Below, piece after piece: positions 21,628-35,103 of a stretch of DNA of 64,000 nt (within the stretch, counting starts at the first letter, position 1; each line of letters opens with the position of its first letter). This DNA is from Hormiphora californensis (Eukaryota; Animalia; Ctenophora), in contig CM035359.1 in NCBI GenBank assembly GCA_020137815.1, forward strand, positions 1,426,001 through 1,490,000, written 5' to 3'. The notes below the pieces were generated by a model. It ran no database searches. It worked only from the letters and a program-made list of their open reading frames with translations, and was not told the DNA's origin. Made by a program: the position numbers and the translations under genes.

Positions 21628-22385
21628 TCTACTAGGCCGTGCAACAAGAAGGTTGAATGCAATAATTATATTTCAGATATTTAAATCGCTTTTGAGCGAA
21701 AAGTGATCTCGATCGCCATATTCCAGGCCCCGCCCGGCGTCCCCCGACCCAGCATTTTTGACAATCATACTATTATTAAAGCAAATAGGGAAATGATGGG
21801 TGATGGTTTTTTTACCAAATATGGCACAAAATTCCTGGAAATGGCCTTTTGCACGTGTTGTCCCTAGAGGGACCCTGGCAGCCTGCCAGCTTGAGCCTTA
21901 AACTGCACGTGCATCCTTGATTCATCTCTCTGCCGGTTGTGTGATTGATCGTTTGCTCGATTTGATCTGTTCACCCCCTGTTCACCACGTTTCGTGAACA
22001 TGACTACTCAACTTCAACACAATCGCCAGCGAGTTTGGAGGAGCCATATGTCCCAAACTGACGCTGACGCCTATAGACTACGTGATAGAATCCTACAAAA
22101 GAGGTGATTATTATTCAAAAAATGTTGTCAACACACGTAATAACAAAGTATCAATGGCACTAATAAGAAATGGCAGTAATACGTGAAAGTATTTTGCAAA
22201 TGTGCTCCTTCATAAAATACTTCAGGACCTGGCAAAAGAGGACCCGTGGTTTTTCTGTCGAAAGAATCGCTGTGGTTAATTTACTGATTTAAAAAATTTC
22301 AAATGATACTACACTATTTGCTTAGTTTACTGTATGACCATTGACCATCCCCGACATTCGCCCGTAGGGCGAGCGGGCTTACTAG
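21628..22385 (+). mobile_element. Non-autonomous Helitron-like element
   Basis: 3' end has hairpin tcgcccgtagggcga followed by CTAG|T. Candidate 5' end A|TCTACTAG at 21627/21628 is less certain. Confidence 0.5.
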
Positions 22386-24491
22386 TACTTAGAAAGCAAA
22401 GAGAAATCTGTGACACAAACCGTAAGCTAAACAATATGCTCTAAATATCAAAGAGAATTAGTGGATATTGAGCGAAAGTTAGACCGGCAAGCGCACGGAA
22501 GCACGAATTGGCATACGTTGCAGGCCCCTTATAATATACATGTAATATAAGGGGCCTGGAGGGAATACCGCGCTGGGGGGGAATACATAATCAATCATAT
22601 CTCCGGTTCCAGATAAGGTACAGAAATCGTTTTGGTAGCGTTGGAAAGAGGAAGATAACAGCTTTCAAATGCAACCGGTTTCAGGTCTCTATCTTATCAG
22701 GAACAGGAGATATGAACGAAACTCCGCAAAATCGAGTGCGGTAAAATAAAAAATTCGAGATTTTAATTCAAATTTGAAACTAAAGTGTCCCTGCAGGGAC
22801 CTGTGACGTCACTTTTTGAAAACAACCAATCTTTGAACGGCTATTGCTCAGCCTCCTGAAATCCAATTAACTTCTCTCAAAAACAGCAAGGTAGATAATT
22901 GCCAGATCTAACAACTGGTGAAAGAATCAAGTCAAACGGACTTCAGGGGCCAAAGTTATAAGCACCGCCGTTTTTTCGCTCGCAAAGTTATTTTCGACTC
23001 TGGCCAGATCTGGCCAAACGCGCGCGCGGCATTCCCTCCAGTCCCCTCGTTGCGGGGGTGCGCGCATGATGGGGCTGCAGCGCATTCCAAAAGCACGAAC
23101 GAAAATTCAAAAAAGTCCGGGAAAATGCGAAACGACGAAATTTCGCGAAACAGTGAAATATTCAAAAACGCGCGCAACGGAGGAAGGCAGCGCAAAAGGT
23201 TAAACTCGATGCGCGCGACACGATCCGACAGGATAAAAAAATGCAGATTTTTTGACTTTTTTAGATTTTGCTTCTTGACTTTTTTGCTTTGACTTTTTTA
23301 TTTTTAGCTTTTGCTGACGAACATCTGTCAGTGTCATAACACAATAAGTAACAACTATGGTACACCCCATGTATTCAGCTTCTTTTGGCATATCTTAGAC
23401 TGGTTACGAGTAGTTCCGAGGGTGGCGGAGGGAGCGGAATAGGAGGGGTCAGGGGAGCGGACTGCGGAATAGGGGAGTAGGTCTGCAGGTCTTGCTTCTT
23501 TGTATCACAAATATCTTTATCTGTTGATATTGCAAGGAGATAGAGAAAGGGAAAATATGAAAGAGAGAGAGACATAGTTAGATAAAAAAAACCTTCTAGA
23601 ATGTAAGATTTTTTTTTGCGAAAGCCGGGGTACCGGTTCAAATAGAACATGTCAATACAGTAATTTATACAGAAAGCGTTATAATTTATGTAATCTATGT
23701 ATAATGTAGAATGTAAGAAATGGCATGGCTATGGAGCACCAAATCGAACCAAAAACGGAAACTTGAGAAAAAGCTCTCCGCCAGTACTTCCCCGAAGAAA
23801 CCATCACTTCTCGATGAGGTATTGTCCCAAATTTTGTTTTGTTTCACTTCAGTGACTTGCTGCTGTCGTGAAGTAGATAAATAAATTCATATAACTTAAA
23901 GTTGCAGAGTGAATCTTGTTACTCCAGTGTGTTTATTTTCAGCATGATTTTTATCACGATGAGATTGAGTTACTGACTGACTCACGACTATTTGGTCCAG
24001 AAGATCCAAAAAAGGTGACAAATACCTACTTTCTTGTTTTTTGTTTTGTTTCAATCCCTGTCATGTACAAGCACTCACTACACATTTGAACACGCCTAAA
24101 TCTTCTTTTTATTAGTAACTTGAGTTTGAGTAACACATTTTGCTTCGCATCGTTGCAGGGTGAGTTAGATAGAGAAGGGGTGGTGTATATTGAGAGTTGA
24201 GGGGTCTCTGTAATATTTTATAATATACAAATATGCAGGGCAGGAGAGATCATTATTATTTTATCTTTATGATTATGGGTATCGATGCCATGGTTACCGA
24301 ATACATATCATCTTTTCCGATACATCTAGAAATCCAGAGTCCAGAAAACTTCCAAAAGCGGTCAGTTCACTTTCTTAAATCAAAAGAAATGAGCGAACAA
24401 AAGAAACGAGTTCTTTCTTGAGCGTTTTCTAAATCTCAAGAATAAAGGCTTGGCTGTGATCCTCCCTACTTAATTCTTCCACAGATCTCAT

Positions 24492-24775
24492 CAGGGGCGA
24501 AGCAAGGCTGGGTCCAATGGGTCCAGGACCCACTTTTTGGACGAGAGAGGAGAAGAAAATGGGAAAACTTGCTAAAAAGTGAAAAAATCAGCAAAAACAA
24601 ACAAAAAAAGTGAAAAAATGAGCCGATTTTCAATTGAAAAAACGAATGCGCGCAAGAAAAAGCTCATGCGGCAGCGCTATTGACCAATAGGGTCCAGACC
24701 CACCTCGTGTGTTACATTTTCTGCAGCGCTGGACTCAAAAATTTTTTCGTGAATGAACGCCGCGCACCGCCCCTG
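24492..24775. mobile_element. hAT-type MITE
   Basis: CAGGGGCG...CGCCCCTG termini flanked by a perfect 8-bp TSD GATCTCAT (24484-24491 and 24776-24783). Confidence 0.85.
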
Positions 24776-24879
24776 GATCTCATTACAGTCTCGAGAAAAG
24801 TGCTTTACAGTTTATGTGCTTTCTTTCCCCACCGCTTGACCGGTAATGTCTAGTGTAGAGCAGGAAGTAAAGGGCGAGT

Positions 24880-24937
<58 letters not shown>

Positions 24938-25687
24938 AAGAGAGAGAGAGTTAAACGTAGCTAACCAATACATATAATATTAAACTCTTGCTGCAAAAAC
25001 GTGTCCCATTTTTCAACTACTCCACTTTGCAACGGTGCGTGTTTATGTGCCAAGAGTCTCTCGTTCCACCAAAACTCAGCACTCCTCAAAATTCCTAGAT
25101 CTAGAGATACTCGATTTCTACTCAACCACCTTTTCCGCTCGAAACTTCATTACTCAAAACTTTACTCCCCCCTGCTCTTCTGTTATTTTTACCGAGTGTC
25201 GAATAAATCCCCCTCTAACCCACCGGAAGCTAGCAAACTGTTACTATCCCCCCCCCCCCGAATCTGAGATGCCCCGCTCCCCTTTTCACCGGACTGTAAC
25301 TATTCTCCACTCAGCTGTCAGAACATCTCCCCTCCCGAATCTATCTAACTGTAACTATTCTTTCCTCAGCTGTCAGAGCATCTCCCATCACGAGTTTACG
25401 GATGTAAGTGGAAGCTCGTCTACAGTACGTTTCAGCATGGCATCAGTAGCAGTACCCTTATACGCTCCAGTAGGGTAAGAAGGCCATCAACTCCTTTAAA
25501 TAATGAGTTGTTTTGTTGTTGTTTTGTATCTATGTTTTCTATTTACTTGGTGATGAGTAAGCAGGTGTCGTTTCAGGTGTTAATATGAACAATACAGTAG
25601 TTTTATAACAGTACAGTGTATATTTTACCCTACATTAAACAAAAGAACGCTATTGAGTACCCAACCAGCTGTTTTGGGTACTCAATA

Positions 25688-26813
25688 CAGGGTGTCCCAT
25701 ATATTCTCCGGGTCGGTTGGTGAGCTGTCACGCAAAAACGGTGATAGTTGTGTGAAAACAAACTGCGGGAGTGTGCTGGATTAATTCCTTCCTAACTGAT
25801 GGCTTTGTTTCAAAATTAAATTTCAAAAGTTCATTTTTCATGAATGAACATTGCTACCGTTCATTCATGAATTCTGAAATATTGTTTACCTTGAGTAAGT
25901 AACTTTTCTTTGGCTCGCAATTATCTTTCCAATGAGCACCATAAAACTCAAATTGAACCACCAGGTCACATGACAGTTGAGAAAATGAACATGCATGATT
26001 TTGGCTCTTTTTGCGACTTTCAATCGGCTGTATCACCGATACCTTAACTTCAATCTTTTTGAATCTTTGGGTGAACATTGGATAAGCAAAGATCTTTGCT
26101 CACAAGAAAAATCAAGGTCAAAACCCAAAGTTCATTTTTAAGCTTTGGTAGTTCATTCCACTCATTCAGGAACCAACAACCCTAAATTGATGAAAAGTGT
26201 TGGATTTTGTTTGGCCCATGTCCTGCAATGACAGAGAGGTGTAGTAACGTGTTTTCGAGCTAGTTAGTGGGTGCCATGTGATCATGACGATATCTGACAC
26301 CTTCGTTGAGCAATAATTAAGAGATTTTCTCAAATTAAAGCATGTGATTCGGGTCTTCTGCGATTGGTATCGTGCAGCAATCTTGAGAGATCTCATAGCA
26401 CCTCAAAAATGATGATAAGTTCAATTAATTGAGTTGATTTATGATCAATAAGATTAAAACCGATGCCACATTGAACTCAACGACCATTTTCGATTATAAT
26501 TCAACTCATTTCATTGAACTAACCATCATTTTTGAGGTGCTATGAGATCTCTTAACATTGCTGCACAATACCAATCGCAGAAAACCCAAATCACATGCTT
26601 GAATTCGAGAAAATCTCTTAATTATTGCTCAACGAAGGTGTCAGATATCGTCATGATCACATGGCACCCACTAACTAGCTCGAAAACACGTTACTACACC
26701 TCTCTGTCATTGCAGGACATGGACCAAACAAAATCCAACACTTTTCATCAATTTAGGGTTGTTGGTTCCTGAATGAGTGGAATGAACTACCAAAGCTTAA
26801 AAATGAACTTTGG
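25688..26813. mobile_element. Foldback (long-inverted-repeat) Tc1/mariner-type element; right arm truncated
   Basis: Starts TA|CAGGGTGTCCCA. Arms ~26129-26435 and ~26502-26813 are reverse complements (mirror ORFs 26166..26396 and 26542..26772). Diverged relative of 40480-42146. Confidence 0.75.
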
Positions 26814-29800
26814 GGGGGGGGGTTCCAACCTATTTTGTGTATGTTTGTACGGAAATAAACAAGCTTTTCCTCAAACAAAAAAATACAAAAAAATACAAAA
26901 AAATACAAAAAAGTACAAAAAAATACAAAAAAATAAAACGGGGTATAAATGATTAAACTTGCCTTGTTCGACCCTCCCTCCCCGCGCCCCGGTTTGAACA
27001 AAACAAGATTAAACAAAGCTTTTCTGATCGTTGAAACTTTAGTTTATGATCATAATTGTGTCATAAATTCCTATTAAACTGTGGTTTCATACAAAATTAG
27101 CAACTTTTTCTTATAATTGGAAGATAAAAACATGTTTTAATCATGTTTTAATTGTTCTTTATCAAAACACAAGGAAATATTCTATTCAAAATTTTCGAAA
27201 TCTGAATCAATGATGTTTACTTTTTCGAATTTCGAATGAAAGATAATAAATACACGACAAACGTTCCTAGGTGGTACATTAGCACAAAAGGCCCCCCATG
27301 AAACAGGCCCCCAAAAAAAATTTTTTTTTTTTGGGTTTTTGGCCTGGAAACCCCCGGGGGCCCCCCCCCCCCCTTTTAAAGGGGAAAAGGGGGAAAAAAA
27401 ATTTGGGGACAAAAAAAGGAAAAAGGGGAAAAAAAAACCCAAAAAGAAACAAAAAATTTTTTTTTTAAAAAACTAAGGGGAAGAAACCAAAAATTTTTAC
27501 AAAAAATTTTTACAATTTTTTTAAAAAAAGGGAATTCCCAAACTTTTCAAAAAGTTTAAAAATTTTTTTAAAAGGAAAATTTCCCCAAAAGAATTTCTTC
27601 CAGAATTTTTCCGAAATTTTCTAAACGGAAATTTCCCCGAAAAGAAATTTCCCGAAAAAATTTTTTTGAAAAAAAAAAATTTCCCCGATCGATTTCTTAC
27701 CGAGAAATTTTCCAATGTTTTTGGGAAAATTTTCCTAAATGCTTTCCAAAAAATTTTCTTTTTTTTTTTTTAAAGGAAAAAATTTCCCCAAAGAAAAAAA
27801 GAAAATTTTTTCTAATGTTTTTCCCAGAATTTCCCCGAACCAAATTTTTACAAAAATTTTACCCTTTTTTGGGGGAAACCCCCCGGAATTTCCGGGGAAA
27901 AAAAACAAAGGGAAAAACCAAAAAAAACCCAAAAAAAAAAGGGAGGAAATTTTAAAAAAAAAAAAAAAAAAAATTTTTGAAGGGGTTTTTAAAAAACCCC
28001 CCCAAAAATTTTCCCAAAAAATTTTCCCAAACAACTTGGGGGAAAAAAAGGGTTTTTTGGGGTTTTTGAAAAAACAAGATTTTGTTTTTTCAATTTCAAA
28101 AAAAATTTTTTAAAAAATAATTTTTTGGGGTTTTAGGGGAAAAAGGAAAAGGAAAAAAATTGGGAAGGGCAAAAAAAGGGCCCCCCCAAAAAAAAAATTT
28201 TTGGACCCAAATTTTATTTTTGTTTTTTTGATTTTTTGTTTGTTTTTGGGGGGAAAAAAAAAAAAAAAAAAAAAGGGGGGTTCCAAAAAAAAAAAAAAAA
28301 AAATAAAAAAAGGGGGCCCCCCCCCCCGGGGGGGATTTGATTTTTTTGTGAAAAAGATTTTTTTATAATTTACCCAAAAAAAAGTTTTGAATTAAGGGGT
28401 AAACAGCCTTTAAAACGAAAAAGGAAAAAAATTTTTCCTTTTCTAACGTCAACCGGGGGTTATTGGGGTTTATGGTTTTTAAAAGTTTTGCGACCCAAAA
28501 AAAAAAAGAAAAGGGAAAAAAAAAAAGGGTTTCCCCGGAAAAAAGGACAAGTTTTTCCCATGAAAAAAAAAAGGGAAAAAGAAAAAAGGGGAAAGGGGGA
28601 AAACCCCACCCCCGGGGTTTTTTCACAAAACACCACCGGCGTAAAAGGCCCCGGGAAAAAGGGGAAAGAATTTTTTTTGGGGGGGGGGGGACAAAGGAAA
28701 AAGGGGCCCAAAAAAGGGAAAAGAAACGGGAGGGGGTTAAAAAAAAAAGGAAAAAATTTTCCCCAAAAAAAAAAAAAATTTTTTTTTTTGGGGAAAGGGG
28801 GGTTTTTGGGCGGTTGGTTGGTTTGGGTGGGGGAAAAGGGGGCCCCCCCGTTTTTTTTTGGAAAAAAGCCAAAATCGGGGAAAAAATTTTTTTTTAAAAA
28901 TTGGGATTTAAGAATTTTTTCCCTTTTGAAGGGGGTTTTTTGAAATGTTTTCGTTTTGGGGTTATAGGGTTTGAAAAAATTTTCGAACTTTGTTTTAAAA
29001 AGGGGAAAAACAAAAAAATTTTTTTTTAAAAAATCCATAAGAAAAAATTTAAAAAAATTTTTAAAAATTTTTAAAAATTTTGGGAAAAATTTAAAAGTAA
29101 TTTTTTTGGGAAAAATTTTTTGAATTTTAGATTTTTTGTTAGGGGGGGGGTTATTTTTAGGGGGCCAAAATTTTGAAGTAAAAAACAAAAAGGGTTTAAA
29201 AAATTTCTTTTAAAAAAATCGAAAAAGAAACGCCAAAAGAAATACCTTTAAAAAATTCTTTGGGGGAAAAATTAAATTTTAAAATTTTTTTTAAATTAAA
29301 TTAAATTTTAAAAATTTTTTTCACAAAATAAAGTTTTAAAAATTTGGGGGTGGTAGGGAATCATTACCTAAAATTTTGAAATTTTTTTTTGAAAAATTTT
29401 TTGAAATTTTTAACGTTGGGTTTCAAACCAAACCGGGAGTTGGAAATGGGGTAAAATTGGGTTTTGGGGGTTTTCCCAAAATTTTTTTGGATTAAAAAAT
29501 TAATTTGGTTTTTGGAAAGGGGAAAAAAGGCTTTAACCCTAAAGCAATACCCTTTAAAGGGGAAAAGACGACCCCCCGAAAAAAGAACCCCCCGAAAATT
29601 TACGTAAAAAGAAAAGGGAATTTTTTTAAAAATTTTTAAAAATTTTTTTAAAATTTTTTTTAACCAAAAAGAAATATTTAAACCTTACGGGGGGTTTTTT
29701 GGCTTTTTTTAAAAAAATTTTTCAAAAAATTTTTTTTTTTCTTTAAACCAAATTCGGGGTTTTTTTTTTTTTTTTAAAAAAAGTTTTTTTCGGTTCTTCG

Positions 29801-31204
29801 GGGGAAAAAAGGTTTGGTGTTGGGTTTTTCCGGGGTTTTTGGGGGGGAAAAAAAAATTTTTTTTTAAAAAGGGGAAAAAATTTTTAAAAGTAAAAAAAAA
29901 TTTTTGGGGGGGGAAATCCCCCCAAAAAAGGGGGAAAAATCGGGGTTTTTTTCCCCCTTTTTGGGTTTTGGGTTAAAGGGTTATCCAAAATTTTAAAAAG
30001 TTTGGTAGGGTTTTTCCCCTTTTTGAAAAATTTTTTTTTTAAAATTTTGGGGGGAACCCTTCCCGGGGGAAATTTTTTTTTTCGGGGGCTGTGTAATTTG
30101 GGGAAAAAAGTCCAAAAAAGGGGTGTAAGGGCTTTCCTTTTTTCCCCGGGTAAAATTTCCCCCCAAAAACCTGGGCCTCACTCAATTTTAAAATTTTGGG
30201 AAGGCCCCGGGGCCCTAAGCCCCGGGCAAAAAAACCCCCCACGCCACCCCCCCCCCCCCCAAAAAAAGGAAAAAAGGAAAGGGGGGAAAAGGGGGCCCCC
30301 GGGCCAACGCGCCCCGGGGGGCCCAGGGAAAGGGGGAAAAGGGGGGAAAAAAGGGAAAGAAGGAGGGGGTTTTTTTTTTTGAAAAGGACCCAAAACCCCC
30401 CGGGACGCCTTTAAAAAGGGCCCCCCACCCCCCCCCCAAAAGAAAAAAAAAACCCCCAAACCCAAAACCAACAAAAAAAAAAAAGGAACAGGGGGGAAAA
30501 GGGGGGGCCCCAAAGGGGGGAAAAAAGGGGGAAAAAAAGGGAAAAGGGGGGGGGAAAAAAAAGGATTTTTCCCCCCATTTTCCCCCCTCTTTTTCCCCCT
30601 CCCCCCCCCTCCCCCCCCTCTTTCCTTTTCCCCTCCCCCATTTTTTCAATATTCAAAACCCTCCCATCCAATTTATTTTCCAAACCACTCGCCCTTTATA
30701 GCCCCCCCGAGGGGACAAAAGCCCCTTTCCCCAAAAAAAAACCCCCTCAAACAGAAGAAAACCCCACCCCCCCCATGAAAACCCCCAAAAACAAGGGGGA
30801 AAAACCAAAACCAACTCTCCCAGCCGGAATCCGACCCGGAAAAAATTTTAAAAAAAACAGAGCTTCGGGGGCCTTTTTTTTTTTTTAAAATTTTTTTTAA
30901 AAAAAAAACCCTTTTTTTAAACAATTTAAATGTTAAGATGCAAAAAAAAAAAAAAAAGAAATGAGGAAATTTTAGGGCCCTTTTTTTCCCCACAAAGCCA
31001 ATACTTTAAGGGGGGATTGAGAAAAAAAGGGGAAACCCCAAAAATTTTTTAAAAAAAAAAGGAAAATTTAAAAAAAGATTTTTTAAAAGGAAATTCGGAA
31101 TGGAAACCAAGAAAGGAGGGAAAAAGGGAGGAGGCAGGAAGAAAGAGAAAGGGGAAAGGAAAGCGAAAAAAGGGAAAAGGAAAATTGGGGGGAAGGGGGG
31201 ACCC

Positions 31205-31236
<32 letters not shown>

Positions 31237-32300
31237 GGGGGCCGAGCCGAAGGAAAAAAAAACAAAAAAACCAAAAAAAAAAGGGAAATGAAAGTTTTGA
31301 AACCCCCTTGGGAAAAGGAAAAGGGTGTTTTTGGGCCGTTAAAGTCTCGAGGGTCCCGCCCCTATTTGGGGGGGGGGCGATGGCCTCCCAAAAAAAGGGG
31401 AGGAGGAAAAAAACGAAAAAATTTTTAAAAAATCGGCAATTAAGAAAAAAGGGGAAAAATTTCAGGGGGCTTTTAAAAATTCATGAAAAACACGGGGGCC
31501 CCTTTGGGCCCCCTTTGGGGGGGCTAAAAACCCCTAAAATCAAGTTTTTTTTCCCCACTCTTAAATCCGGGATAGTATGGGGGGCCCCCTTTTTTTTGGG
31601 GGAAACCCCTTTCGTTTTCGTTGGCCGGTGAAAAACCCGGTTTTCCGTCCGTTTGGGGAAAAAACGCCCCCCCGGCATCCCGGAAATGGGGTGGTGGGTT
31701 TTTTGGTTTTCCCGTTTGAAAATATGCCAAATGTAAAAAATTTGGAAGGGTCGGAACCGATTTACGGGAAAAAAAATTTTTAGAACACGTGGGTTTCGGA
31801 TTTCAAGGATTATTGGGATTGAAGTATTTCCAAAGAGAAAGGTTGTGAAAGGGGAGAAGAAACCGTTAATCCAGGTTATTTTCCCTTCGACCGGGGTCCG
31901 AATCAAGGAAAAGAGACGGATAGGGGCAACCAGGCCAGGAGCCCCCGGGGAGGAGGAACGGCAAACCCGGAGGGAGAAGTTTCTTTCCTGCCTGACTAAG
32001 GAAAAAAGAAAACCTTTCTCGCCTCTAAAGCAACGAGCTATCCGGCAACCCTCAGGAAAGGCGAGGAAGGCAGAAAGAGAGAAAAAGGGGGGGAAAAGAG
32101 GCACCAGAAAAGGGCGAAAAACAAGGAAGTGCGGACAAAAAAAGATGGAGATAAAAAAGGGAGGTCAAGAGGAGCCAAAAGGGAAGGCGACGGAGGGAGC
32201 AGAAGGAGAGAGGAGAGAAGAGGAGCGGGAGGAGGGGGAGAGAGAGAGAGAAGAGACTCTTCTCTTTTCGTCCTCTCTTTTTCCTTTCCTCCTCTGCCTT
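26811..32300. other. Low-quality, homopolymer-smeared sequence
   Basis: About 5.5 kb dominated by A/T/G/C runs; all ORFs are low-complexity. Confidence 0.9.
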
Positions 32301-32336
32301 TCTCTCATTTTTTTCTCTCTCTCTCTCTCACTCTCT

Positions 32337-32369
<33 letters not shown>

Positions 32370-33617
32370 TTCTTTCTCTCTCTCTCTCTCTATTATTTCT
32401 GTAAGTCATGTCTGACTCATCCCATGCCAATGTTATATTTTCCACACACCACTCGCTCCTTTATATGTATCACAGTGGCAGATGGTACAAACTGTTCTCT
32501 CTGTACACTCAAATTACTCAAACTTAGTCAAAATACAACTTAGAATTGCCATAGTAACCATCTACATTACCATAGTAACCCACTACAATTAACTAATTTC
32601 GAGTTTACTGATCAACTACAATTTTACCTCAATCTCTCCCAGTTATACTGCGATTACTCCGATCTTCTGTTAATTTATCATCAACTTTCAAACGTCAACT
32701 AGTTAGCTGGTAACGGATGACTTTTCGTTTTTTTTTAAAATGGCCATTAGACGATTATTACATAACACAGTTTTAGCTAAGCGATTTCATTAAATCGTTA
32801 ATGATGCAACAAAACAATCGATTATGAAATCCGATTGCTACAGTTTTCAGGGCCGTGTTTGAATAAATCATCACTTTTAAATGTTCCTGGCCTAGATAGC
32901 ACTTAAATGGAAGATTAGATCGTAAGGACATCTAAGAATTTATTTTAAGAAATAAATGTGCAAAGATTGGAAAATGCGATTGCCATTATAATCACTGTGT
33001 AACCACTGTGACCTGTGTAACCTCTGTGTAACCATAGTAACCATGCAGTGACGTCATAACGTTGCAGGATGTGACAGTGAATTGTATTCAAGTCAAGTCA
33101 CTATTGGGTGACAAGTCCCCGATTTGCTGAAAAAATTGTCGTACATTGGTTAACATTCGGGGCCTGGCAAGGCCCCCCGACCCGAATATAACCCAAACTC
33201 AATCCATCCCCCCTAAAACATCCCCCCTAAAACTAAAACAACGGGGCCGAGCCGACAGGCCCTTAAAAAACCATAAAACCATAACCATAACCATAACCAT
33301 AGATATTTTTAGAGTGAAAGTTTTGAAGCCCGCTGAAGTAGTAGAGAGGTGTTCTATGGCTCGTTGGAAAGGTCTCGAGGTCCCGCGACGTATAGGGGGT
33401 GTGGCGATGGCCATACCCAAACCTATAAGGGGTAGGACGCGAAAAACAGTCAAAATAAGGGGTATACAGAACTCGGCAATTAGAAGGAGTAGAAAGGTGT
33501 TCTAGGGTGCGTTCGAAAGCTCTCGAGGTGCTGAAGTACAGTCGGACCCCGATTTAGGGACACCCTCGGGGGAAAGGGTCTTGTCCACTAAATCGGGGTG
33601 TCCACTAAATCGGGGTG

Positions 33618-34016
33618 AGTAGTATAGTGTGGACCGCTCGCACCCCATTCTGTGACGTGGCGGGGCACCAAGTCACGTGACCAACACGTGACGTCACATG
33701 GTATCACGTGACCTGAATACTCTGCTGCTATTGGACGGTTGGTTGTCACGTGACACATCACATGACCAATCACGTGCATCACGTGATTTATCATGTGCCA
33801 AGTCACGTGACCAACACGTGACGTGACATGGTATCACGTGACTGTAGGCACGTGATGATCATGTGACCCATGTTATAACCATGTATGGTGAGCCATGTTA
33901 TGACCATATATGGTCAATTAGTCCGTGCCATGTTATGACCATATATGGTCAATTTGTGATGGATGATCATTTGAAAATATCCAATATATCATTCGTGATT
34001 ATCAATGATCATTCGT
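33618..34016 (+). repeat. Left terminal inverted repeat of the mini-Polinton
   Basis: Reverse complement of ~37374-37822 (identical spurious ORFs 33588..33806 and 37634..37882). Rich in CACGTG and CCATATATGG palindromes. Confidence 0.9.
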
Positions 34017-34190
34017 TATTGATGGGTGAGAGAGAGAGAAAAATGAAGGGAGAGAGAGAGAGGGGGAGATACACTAGACAAGAGAGGTGTTAAATGCGTT
34101 TAAGGTGTACCAGGTGTTTTCACTACACAGTCATAAGGATAACAACCAATTTACGTATTCCAAAAGGAACTAAAATTATGAATTAAATGT

Positions 34191-34974
34191 TCATCTAACT
34201 TTACGAAAATGCAAAACCATCGACGTAGGGAAATCTCTCGTATCATCTTCTGAAAACTCAAAAAGATTACCCATATTGTCACAAATCACAAACTGTATTT
34301 CGCTCAAATAGACAAATCTCACTTTGAAATAAGAAGGGTTTACAAATTCATAATGATTGTATCCCAATTTTTGTTCGAATGGGAACATAGCGAAAAATCT
34401 CGAGTCATGTTCATTTCTTTGTCTGTAGTCCGTGTGTGCTTGTGGTACAATGTTTGAATAGATATGTCCAAGTTTTGCATGCCTCGGAAAGTCTTCTATT
34501 TTAGCTGCAATTTTCGATGGTAAAAGGTGCAATGGACCTGTTTTCCATGTAAATCTTAAAAAACCTCAGTACACTATTTTCACTGGTTGCAAATCCTTTA
34601 CTGGAATGATGATACGCCAGCGTACATACATGTGTTGTTTCATCTGCAAAGTACTCTGGGATAGGCCAATGATCAGAACCATTCGCCAGATTTTCCGTTT
34701 CTTTGGAGCTTATAGCCTGTTGCATTGCTAGCAGCAACTGTGCTCCGTTTCGATAACACCCAGGTGGAATTGAGTAATCTCTGGATTCATAATCATGTCC
34801 CTTTTCGGATACCAAAAAATGATTGTTACCCTCGGTTACATTAAATGTAGATGAAGGAGCGTGACTAACACTTTTTACAGCCACCTCATAGTTGCCATTC
34901 AAGTCTAAAGCATTCTCCGAACGAAAGACAAATTGACTGGGGTTTTGTTTATGGCTAGTAGCGATAAGGTACAT
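34191..34974 (-). CDS. Polinton minor capsid protein (penton, single jelly roll), ~260 aa, with one frameshift at ~34500-34565
   Basis: N-terminal NPSQF...LDLNGNYEVAVKSVS and C-terminal IYSNIV...YEFVNPSY...IQFVICDNMGNLFEF...VLHFRK resemble Polinton penton motifs as I recall them. Split over overlapping ORFs 34501..35094 and 34191..34532; ATG at 34974. Confidence 0.8.
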
Positions 34975-35103
34975 GGTTAAAACTACCCGTGAGAGCATTG
35001 TTTTTATAGGAAAATGATCGTTGGTGATCATTTTAGGGTGACAAAAGAACGAAGGTAAACACCAGGTTTCATGTGAATTTAAAAATAAGAACACGCTAAA
35101 CTT

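Noticed and set aside
23719-24015. Two possible + strand exons (…KPSLLDE / HDFYHDEIELL…)
   Set aside because: In-frame stop upstream, no recognisable homology and no further exons found.
27182-32543. Many K/F/G/P-rich ORFs
   Set aside because: Products of homopolymer-smeared low-quality sequence.
33588-33806. Duplicated ORF MTWHMINHV (also 37634..37882)
   Set aside because: Spurious translation of the Polinton TIRs.
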